From Thermodesulfobacteriota bacterium (GTDB lineage Bacteria > Desulfobacterota > Desulfobulbia > Desulfobulbales > SURF-16): a stretch of 24,518 nucleotides of DNA. The notes beneath the pieces are model-generated. The model saw nothing but the letters and a program-made list of their open reading frames with translations. It ran no database searches and had not been told where the DNA came from. Location of the stretch: assembly GCA_039715015.1 (NCBI GenBank), contig JBDLIE010000038.1:1-24518 (forward strand). Direction: 5' to 3'. The translations under genes were made by a program, and so were the position numbers. Positions 17,694 to 24,518 of this stretch are shown here, piece by piece (position 1 is the stretch's first letter; the number at the start of each line of letters is the position of its first letter).

Positions 17694-18914
17694 TCAATCG
17701 ATGAAAGAAACCTTGCAGAACTTTCTCTTGCCCACCTTGAGCAGCACCTCTCCCTGGATCAGAACATTATGGTCCTGGTCGGTAATTTTTTCACCATCAA
17801 GGGAGACAGCATTTTGCTTGATCATCCGGCGTCCTTCACCTGTGCCTTTTACCATTCCCGCCTCGGCAAGAAGCTTTGGCAGCCAGATTGTCTCTTCTGA
17901 CCAGGCACACTGATATTCAGGAATATCGTCAGGCAGGTCGTGCTTTTTAAAGACAGTTTCAAAATGTGTTTCTGCCTGGAGGGCCGCCTCGTCATCATAA
18001 AAACGCGCTGTTATTTCACGGGCCAATTGCATCTTGGCAGCTTTAGGGTGAACAGTTCCGTTTGCCACTTTCGACTTCAGATCCTCAATGTCGTTATTAG
18101 CCAAATCGCTCAGCAATTCAAAATAACGCCACATCAACTGATCAGAAACAGAGAGAATCTTCCCGTAAATATCATTGGCCTCATCTGTAATACCGATGTA
18201 ATTGCCAAGAGACTTGCTCATTTTGTTAACGCCGTCGAGCCCTTCCAGCAGCGGTAAAGTAATGACCACCTGTGGGTCCTGGCCCCAGGTGCGCTGCAGG
18301 TCACGGCCCATGAGGACATTAAAGCGCTGGTCAGTACCGCCGAGTTCGACATCCGCCTCCAAGGCCACTGAGTCATAGCCTTGGATCAAGGGATAAAGAA
18401 ATTCATGGATGGAGATGGCCTGCTGCCCATCAAACCGTTTCCGAAAGTCATCACGTTCAAGCATTCTGGCCACCGTAAGCTGTGAGGCCAGGCGAATCAT
18501 ATCGAGAGAGGTCAGTTTATTAAGCCATTCACTGTTAAAAACAATCTTGGTTTTTTCAGGATCAAGGATCTTAAAGATCTGTTCCTTATAGGTCTCGGCA
18601 TTCCGGGCCACATCATCTTTTGTAAGCGGTGGACGCGTTTTGCTTTTACCAGAAGGGTCACCGATCATCCCGGTGAAATCACCAATCAAAAAAAGGATTT
18701 CATGGCCAAGATCCTGAAAATGTTTCAATTTCTGAATGAGTACTGTATGGCCGAGATGGAGATCAGGTGCAGTAGGGTCAAAACCAGCCTTTACCCTGAG
18801 CGGCTTGCCGGTTTCCTCTGATTTTTTAAGCTTGGCAATCAGATCTTCTTTATTGATAACATCGACAGCGCCTCTCTCAATGAGGGCAATTTGCTCTTCA
18901 ATACTATATTTCAT
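17694..18914 (-). CDS. tyrS: Tyrosine--tRNA ligase
   Basis: [13 protein letters not shown] (HIGH-like), [24 protein letters not shown] and a C-terminal S4-like domain. Confidence 0.98.
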   Translation of the reverse strand: MKYSIEEQIALIERGAVDVINKEDLIAKLKKSEETGKPLRVKAGFDPTAPDLHLGHTVLIQKLKHFQDLGHEILFLIGDFTGMIGDPSGKSKTRPPLTKDDVARNAETYKEQIFKILDPEKTKIVFNSEWLNKLTSLDMIRLASQLTVARMLERDDFRKRFDGQQAISIHEFLYPLIQGYDSVALEADVELGGTDQRFNVLMGRDLQRTWGQDPQVVITLPLLEGLDGVNKMSKSLGNYIGITDEANDIYGKILSVSDQLMWRYFELLSDLANNDIEDLKSKVANGTVHPKAAKMQLAREITARFYDDEAALQAETHFETVFKKHDLPDDIPEYQCAWSEETIWLPKLLAEAGMVKGTGEGRRMIKQNAVSLDGEKITDQDHNVLIQGEVLLKVGKRKFCKVSFID

Positions 18915-19031
18915 GACTCATTATATTGGTAAAAACTTTAGAAAGGGGAGAAAATAAAGGACACAGAATTTTAGGGATTGGGCTAGTCTCACAGACCTTT
19001 CCCACCCTCATTTCTCTCCTGCGAAAAAGAT

Positions 19032-20591
19032 CTATTTAGCATATTCCACGGAACGTGTTTCCCGTATCACTGTCACCTTAATCTGGCCAGGATACGTTAA
19101 ATCGTTCTCAATCTTCTTGGCAATATCTTTACCGAGAAGGCTGGATTCAGGATCATTAATATCTTTACTGTCAACGACAATACGAATTTCACGACCGGCC
19201 TGGATGGCAAAAGATTTCTCCACCCCTTTAAAAGACATGGCAATCTGCTCCAGATCATCAAGGCGCTTGACATAGGACTCAAGCATTTCTTTGCGCGCTC
19301 CCGGTCGGGCACCGGATAGGGCATCAGCAGATTGAACCAGAACATCAAGCACAGAGTTAGGGGGCACATCCTCATGATGGGCGGCAATGGAATGGACAAT
19401 TGCCTCAGGCTCCCCATATTTTTTGGCCAGGCTGGCACCGATACTGGCATGGGAACCTTCCACCTCGTGATCAACGGCTTTGCCGATATCGTGGAGAAGC
19501 CCTGCCCGTTTGGCCTGTTTGACATCCAGGCCAAGCTCAGCTGCCATGATTCCACAGAGGAAAGAAACCTCCAGTGAATGCTGGAGAACATTTTGGCCAT
19601 AGCTTGTCCGGTAACGCAATCGACCAAGAAGCATAATAATTTCGTGGTGGACGCCATGGGCGCCAACATCAAAGGTTGCCTGTTCACCAGATTCGCGCAT
19701 GGTGGTTTCCAGCTCCTTTTCCACCTTGCCGACGACCTCTTCAATACGAGCCGGATGGATACGGCCATCAACGATAAGCTGCTCTAGAGCTTGACGGGCA
19801 ACTTCACGCCGTACTGGGTTAAAGCCGGAAAGGATGACCGCCTCAGGTGTATCGTCAATGATGATATCAATGCCAGTGGCCGCCTCAATGGCCCTGATAT
19901 TCCTGCCCTCACGACCAATAATGCGGCCCTTCATCTCGTCATTAGGCAGCGGCACCACTGAAACTGTCTTCTCAGCCACATAATCGCCAGCGTAACGGGA
20001 AATGGCCAGAGCCAGAATATTCTTGGCCTTCTTATCCGCCTCAATCTTCATCTCGTTTTCGATACGGACAATGGCTTTGGCAGCCTCCATGCGTGCCTCA
20101 CTCTCGATGCTCTCAGTGAGTTTCGCTATGGCCTCTTCCCGGGAGATGCCAGAAATTTTTTCCAGCTTAAAACGCTGCTCTTCTATAAGCGAGCCAATCT
20201 CCTTGGAGCGCTCCTCCACCTTCTGCTGACTGATAGAAAGAGACTCATTTTTCTTTAGAAGATCCATCTCTCGCTTATCCAGCAATTCAATCTTACGGCT
20301 TACCTGCTCAATTCGTTGCCCCAGTAGTTCTTCCTCCTTGAGGAGGGTAACCTTCAATTCTTTGGCGTCATTCTCCGCATCTTGTCTTAATTGTAAAGAC
20401 TCGGTCTTTATCTGAAGCTCAGCATCCTTTTTAATCTGGGCAGCGTCACCAAGGGCATTTTCGAGGAGTTTCCTTCGCTGGCCTTCAATATCCTCCTGCT
20501 TGCTCTCCTCCATTTTCTTTTTTAAAATGAAGCCAGCGGCAATACCAGCAGCAAAAAATACGCCTATATATATCAGCACCTGTGTAGTCAC
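19032..20591 (-). CDS. rny: Ribonuclease Y
   Basis: N-terminal TM, coiled coil, KH domain ([14 protein letters not shown]), HD domain (RTSYGQN, LLHDIGK), C-terminal [17 protein letters not shown] start with GGAG upstream. Confidence 0.98.
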   Translation of the reverse strand: MTTQVLIYIGVFFAAGIAAGFILKKKMEESKQEDIEGQRRKLLENALGDAAQIKKDAELQIKTESLQLRQDAENDAKELKVTLLKEEELLGQRIEQVSRKIELLDKREMDLLKKNESLSISQQKVEERSKEIGSLIEEQRFKLEKISGISREEAIAKLTESIESEARMEAAKAIVRIENEMKIEADKKAKNILALAISRYAGDYVAEKTVSVVPLPNDEMKGRIIGREGRNIRAIEAATGIDIIIDDTPEAVILSGFNPVRREVARQALEQLIVDGRIHPARIEEVVGKVEKELETTMRESGEQATFDVGAHGVHHEIIMLLGRLRYRTSYGQNVLQHSLEVSFLCGIMAAELGLDVKQAKRAGLLHDIGKAVDHEVEGSHASIGASLAKKYGEPEAIVHSIAAHHEDVPPNSVLDVLVQSADALSGARPGARKEMLESYVKRLDDLEQIAMSFKGVEKSFAIQAGREIRIVVDSKDINDPESSLLGKDIAKKIENDLTYPGQIKVTVIRETRSVEYAK

Positions 20592-21027
20592 GGGGTTATC
20601 TCCAGTGTACGACCATTACATCGCCATTAAGCCCAAAATACGCTTTTTGGCTGTCATAAGCAGGTCAATTATATGAAAAAGAAGGAGGTGAAAAAAGAAG
20701 GGAAAGCTGCCTGGAAAGGCTAATACAATGAAGGGAAGGTTAGAAAAGGGGCAACTGGTTCAACTAAAAATCCTGCCTCTTTGAAAAAACTCTACAAAAC
20801 ACACCATAATCTTCATATATAATCTGGATTAATCCAGGGATTTCCCATGAGTACTCCGTTTTTAAGGGGAGACTCTCTCTTTAGCACTTCGTTCTTTCGT
20901 AAACAAGACAGCTTACATAACACTGCCTACATTTAAAGCGAGATGATCACATCTCATATAAAATCAGCCCAATTTCAATGAGCAGTATAAAAAATAATCA
21001 ATGGCTCAAGCCATGGAGCCATAAAAA

Positions 21028-21205
21028 TCCCCCGCCTTGGCCGTCTCAACAGCTACATCGAACCTAACATAGTTAGGTGGGAGAAGCTCATAATACCCTC
21101 GAGTGATTTCGCAAGCAAGCGAACATTCTCTAATGTATCAGGGGAGTCGCCCTTGATGTAATGAGTTGGCTCGAAAATGCTGTCAAAAACGAGCCAGGCA
21201 GGGGA
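21028..21205 (-). ncRNA. ssrS: 6S RNA
   Basis: About 178 nt directly downstream of zapA (conserved position). The ends pair (TCCCCTGCCTGGC...GCCAAGGCGGGGGA), and the internal TCGAGCCAAC and CCCACCT...AGGTTCGA blocks are typical of 6S RNA. Confidence 0.88.
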
Positions 21206-21230
21206 AAAGGGATAACAAGTAGTCGTCTTC

Positions 21231-21506
21231 TTAGAGAACCTGGCCTATATCACCTTGGATGCGGTCAACAGATTCTTCAATTCTTGAGCGATATTCCTCA
21301 AAATCTCTTTTCAGTCTTACATACTTACCAGCCATATTGAGGCTTGCAAGAATAGCAATTTTGTTCACAGGTAAACTAGAACTGTGGCCTTCACCCTCAA
21401 GTTGGGATTTAACCAGTCCTAAAATTTCCTGGACGTCCTCCTCGGGAGCATCCGTATAAAGGGGATACTCCTGACCGAGAACTTCAAATTTAACAACCCT
21501 GTCCAT
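21231..21506 (-). CDS. zapA: Cell division protein ZapA
   Basis: VKFEVLGQEYPL, KIAILASLNMA and a C-terminal coiled coil; lies upstream of 6S RNA. Start ATG 21506 (AGGTGG upstream). Confidence 0.85.
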   Translation of the reverse strand: MDRVVKFEVLGQEYPLYTDAPEEDVQEILGLVKSQLEGEGHSSSLPVNKIAILASLNMAGKYVRLKRDFEEYRSRIEESVDRIQGDIGQVL

Positions 21507-21557
21507 ACTATTGCCACCTAAACCCAAAAAAGCTACAAAATTCCTTACATCAAAATT

Positions 21558-21878
21558 TTAAGCGCCCATATTAAAGAGCTGCTTTTGCGATTCCTGGTCT
21601 GTAGCGGGATTGTCCTGTGAAGGGTCATTCCCAGCAGGCTCGGCATCGTCCTTGGTCTGCTCCCACTCTTCGAGTTTATTGAGGATAAAGCTTACACGCT
21701 GGTGAACTTCCTCTTTATCACCTCTCATCTCACGGATCTCTTCATTGATCCGGCCAAGTTCCTGTTTTTTTTCTTCTACTTCAGCAGCAAGCATCTCGTT
21801 TTGCTTTTTCAACTCTGCATGTTGGGACAATAAACGACCAATTATATCTTCAAGGCGCTCTAATCCTTCAAACTCCAT
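21558..21878 (-). CDS. ZapB-like coiled-coil protein
   Basis: LERLEDIIGRLL...LKKQNEML heptad pattern, acidic low-complexity tail, AGGAG 7 nt before ATG 21878; sits immediately upstream of zapA. Confidence 0.7.
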   Translation of the reverse strand: MEFEGLERLEDIIGRLLSQHAELKKQNEMLAAEVEEKKQELGRINEEIREMRGDKEEVHQRVSFILNKLEEWEQTKDDAEPAGNDPSQDNPATDQESQKQLFNMGA

Positions 21879-22035
21879 CAAACATCTCCTTAAACGTTCA
21901 TGCCCGCTGAATCAATTCAATTTCAGCAACATAGCTCTATATTATAAAGAAATACATAAACTAATTTCATATAATCAACCTCAAAAAACAAAGTCAAGAA
22001 CTGTTTCATGAGGTGCTATCTATAAAAACAGATAG

Positions 22036-23082
22036 TTACGACGACCCATCCTCTACGGAAATAGAAATCTTATTCTCAGTAACTGTCACCGTACCCGGAG
22101 AAACAACATTCCCCGATTCAATCTTAGCACCTATTAATACAGACCCAGAACCGACAAGCACATCATCTCCGATATAACTGTTCTTTATGTAAGTATGCGA
22201 CCCAATATCGCAGTGACGGCCAATAAAGACATTATGATTAATAGTACAATTGGCGTGGACTACAGTATCCTGACCTATGGAGGTGGCAGGATGAATCGAC
22301 AAGGTAGATGGTCTTTGCAGTGACACTCCTGAATCCCATAGTTTGACAAATAATTCCTGCTGCTTGATATCATGAGCCTGAGCTAGCTCCTGGCGGGAAT
22401 TCACCCCCAGAATTTCCTGGCTGTCATTGCAGAGGAAACTGGAGACCTTGGTACCGCTTTCATTACCCTTTTTCACAATATCGGTGAGATACACCTCTCC
22501 CTGAGCATTATTGGTGTCGACCTGAGCCAAGGCTGAGAAAAGAAATTCACGATTCACCAAATAAATACCGCCATTTATCTCTTTAATACTGCGCTGGTCC
22601 TCGCTGGCATCCTTTTCCTCTACAATTTCGAGAAGCTGCTCCTGATCATCGCAAACCATCCGGCCATAACCGGTTGGCGTATCTACCTTTGTGCTCATTA
22701 TGGTGATGATGTTCTGGTTTGCCTGATGGCGATCAATCATCTGCTGCAGTGTATCAGAACGAACAAGCGGTGTATCACCACATAAAATAAGAACTGTGTC
22801 ACAATCGGATGCGACCATCTCCCCACACACTAATACGGCATGCCCTGTACCATTCTGCTCCTCCTGGACAACAAACGAGACATTATAATTATGCAATACC
22901 CCCTGCACCATTTCATGCTGATGGCCGACGACAACAATGGTTTGCGCCAGAGGCAAGGCGCTGACTGAATCGAGCACATGACAGACCATGGGCTGAAAAA
23001 AAACAGGATGAAGCACTTTGGGAAGTGAGGATTTCATCCTTGTGCCTTTACCGGCAGCAAGAATAAGACAAGAAATTTTCAT
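22036..23082 (-). CDS. glmU: GlmU-like sugar-1-phosphate uridylyltransferase with shortened hexapeptide (LbH) domain, 348 aa
   Basis: ILAAGKGTRMKS, PKVLH, QEEQNGTGHAV, GDTPL, GYGR, IVEEKDA, NNAQGEVYLTD and GVNSR motifs, then only about 70 aa of hexapeptide repeats. Start moved to ATG 23082. Confidence 0.85.
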   Translation of the reverse strand: MKISCLILAAGKGTRMKSSLPKVLHPVFFQPMVCHVLDSVSALPLAQTIVVVGHQHEMVQGVLHNYNVSFVVQEEQNGTGHAVLVCGEMVASDCDTVLILCGDTPLVRSDTLQQMIDRHQANQNIITIMSTKVDTPTGYGRMVCDDQEQLLEIVEEKDASEDQRSIKEINGGIYLVNREFLFSALAQVDTNNAQGEVYLTDIVKKGNESGTKVSSFLCNDSQEILGVNSRQELAQAHDIKQQELFVKLWDSGVSLQRPSTLSIHPATSIGQDTVVHANCTINHNVFIGRHCDIGSHTYIKNSYIGDDVLVGSGSVLIGAKIESGNVVSPGTVTVTENKISISVEDGSS

Positions 23083-23233
23083 AGGGGTACCTTTAGCAAA
23101 TATGTAATCTAAAGGTACTATAACTAAGGAAGTGAATGAGGAGTACAAAAAATACTTTCTTCCAAAAAGAAAAATAACTATGAAACATTGAAGAAATTTC
23201 ATCACTAAACCGCATACTTAAAACAGAAGGTGT

Positions 23234-23284
23234 AAAAAAAAGGCAGGTTTTTGTTTGAAAAAACTTCCAAACAAAAACCTGCCT
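23234..23284 (-). terminator. Intrinsic terminator downstream of the split-Soret cytochrome-like gene
   Basis: 17-bp perfect inverted repeat aggcaggtttttgtttg (23241-23257) / caaacaaaaacctgcct (23268-23284), followed on the minus strand by a U-tract. Confidence 0.88.
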
Positions 23285-23345
23285 GGCAAGAAACCAATTA
23301 CCCTTCCAATCTTTATATGAAAAGATCAGTACTTAGAAGTTAAAA

Positions 23346-24134
23346 TCAGGAGGCTTGGGGAGCCTCGGGAACGTCATCGCCGTGGCACTCCATACAGTTA
23401 AACTGGCCGGTTATGCCATGCTCGGAAGCAGCACTAAAATCGTTGGTGGGCTCATATTTTCCATCGTGCCAGTCATTCAAAAGCTCAACAAGACGATAGG
23501 CAGTACTGGCTGCTACCCGCGCACAGCGGTCCTTACGCTCAGCACTCTTGAGTGGTAAACCAGCCTTCTTCATCCATTTGCCGACTGATATATGACAGAG
23601 TGGGGATTGGCTGGTGGTCTTGGCAATTTTTGAAGGCTTGACTCTCGCCTTTTTAGGCGTAAAAACAGGCATCTCAGCCTCAGAGTACCACTGCATAATA
23701 TCAGCTGAAATATGATGGGCATCAGGAGATCCTGCAATACGCGGCCCAATAATCACATTAGCGACAATATTAGCACCAGCAGGGGAGCCACAAACAGTAC
23801 CCCAGCCCACTTGACCACCCTCAAGAAAAGTAAAGGAATCACTTGGGAAAGACGTATAGGGCTCACCAACCTTCTCTCGCAACTGGCTGAACACACTGTT
23901 AATAACAGCGCCACCACAGAAAACGCGGTACCATTCGTTATAACAGATTTCTGCAGTCTTGGCGGGATCAAGCTTGACATAGGGCCAAGGCCATTTTTCC
24001 GTCTTGCCTGACTTTGCCTGGGCTGGATCGAGAGCCCCACCCAAATGAGCCAGCGCAGCAGTTGCAGCTAAGGCTCCACCACCAATAATTACAGATCTTC
24101 TTGACACATCTTTACAACAGCCCTTCTCTTCCAT
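23346..24134 (-). CDS. Split-Soret cytochrome c-like protein (C-GCAxxG-C-C family) with twin-arginine signal
   Basis: VSRRSVIIGGG...AQA Tat-like signal; WPYVKLDP, GEPY, GGQVGWGTVCGS, SPLCHISVGKW, ERKDRCAR and a C-terminal CMECH. Start ATG 24134 (GGAGG 7 nt upstream). Confidence 0.8.
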   Translation of the reverse strand: MEEKGCCKDVSRRSVIIGGGALAATAALAHLGGALDPAQAKSGKTEKWPWPYVKLDPAKTAEICYNEWYRVFCGGAVINSVFSQLREKVGEPYTSFPSDSFTFLEGGQVGWGTVCGSPAGANIVANVIIGPRIAGSPDAHHISADIMQWYSEAEMPVFTPKKARVKPSKIAKTTSQSPLCHISVGKWMKKAGLPLKSAERKDRCARVAASTAYRLVELLNDWHDGKYEPTNDFSAASEHGITGQFNCMECHGDDVPEAPQAS

Positions 24135-24184
24135 TTTCATGCCTCCCTAACCTCTATCTTCCTAGGGGTGATAAAACAGCTACC

Positions 24185-24202
24185 TTGCAGCACGGCAGCC
24201 AG
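24185..24202 (-). promoter_or_regulatory. Candidate sigma54 (-24/-12) promoter for the split-Soret-like gene
   Basis: Minus strand CTGGCTGCCGTGCTGCAA has exact GG-N10-GC spacing, about 50 nt upstream of the start codon. Confidence 0.4.
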
Positions 24203-24420
24203 CGGTTACAAAAAAAAGGTGCGTATAAAAAATGTGGTTCTCTCCCCAGGACCACAGCACAGTTACGGAATATTGTCGCCAATAATTAAACCTAGCATCA
24301 TGCGAGGAACACGGAAATATGGCAAATAGCCGCACCGCGTCAATCCGCCATAACAACAAGGCCGCTTTTTTCTAACAACTGGGGGATAACTATCTAAAAA
24401 GAGGGGAATTAAAGAAAGAC

Positions 24421-24460
24421 AAAAAAAATGCCTTACCGGTGGTAACGGTAAGGCATTTTT
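24421..24460 (-). terminator. rRNA operon terminator
   Basis: aaaaatgccttaccg / cggtaaggcattttt 15-bp stem with a 7-nt loop and an 8-U tract on the minus strand, just 3' of the 5S rRNA. Confidence 0.9.
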
Positions 24461-24473
24461 ATAGAAGAAAAAT

Positions 24474-24518
24474 TCGGCAACGACCTACTCTCCCACACAG
24501 TCACCCATGCAGTACCAT
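24474..24518 (-). rRNA. rrf: 5S rRNA, 3' portion (truncated by window end)
   Basis: Minus strand ATGGTACTGCATGGGTGACTGTGTGGGAGAGTAGGTCGTTGCCGA has the conserved (G)ATGGTA...GAGAGTAGG 3' half of bacterial 5S rRNA. Confidence 0.95.

Noticed and set aside
18915..19031. T-box upstream of tyrS
   Set aside because: Spacer is only 117 bp with no T-box UGGNACC antiterminator bulge or terminator.
20682..20690. Perfect SD-like AAGGAGGTG on the plus strand
   Set aside because: No start codon at suitable spacing; part of a purine-rich tract.
23083..23205. 41-aa hydrophobic N-terminal extension of GlmU in the ORF track
   Set aside because: AT-rich upstream DNA read in frame; the family begins just before ILAAG, so ATG 23082 is preferred.
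1..24518. CRISPR arrays, IS elements, prophage, tRNA genes
   Set aside because: No regularly spaced direct repeats, transposase/integrase motifs or tRNA cloverleaf were found by eye.

Overview
A 24.5-kb core-genome segment, most likely from an anaerobic Desulfobacterota (Desulfobulbales-like) bacterium; the taxonomy is inferred from gene content and order. Plus strand: carA, carB, ftsH, folP, a class I adenylate cyclase, a small thioredoxin-fold gene missing from the ORF track, a long-form serine O-acetyltransferase and pyruvate:ferredoxin oxidoreductase. Minus strand: 3' end of a 5S rRNA, a split-Soret cytochrome c-like Tat protein, a C-terminally shortened GlmU, zapB-like, zapA, 6S RNA, rny, tyrS, an NDP-sugar epimerase, cysC and a secreted alpha/beta hydrolase. 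The best finding is a hidden 81-aa ORF (9985-10230) with an in-frame TGA that reads as a U-P-R-C (Sec-x-x-Cys) redox motif. A SECIS-like hairpin follows the TGA, and the gene starts 6 nt after the adenylate cyclase stop, making it a candidate selenoprotein/cAMP-synthesis module. No mobile elements or CRISPR arrays were seen. All calls come from reading motifs by eye; no searches were run.
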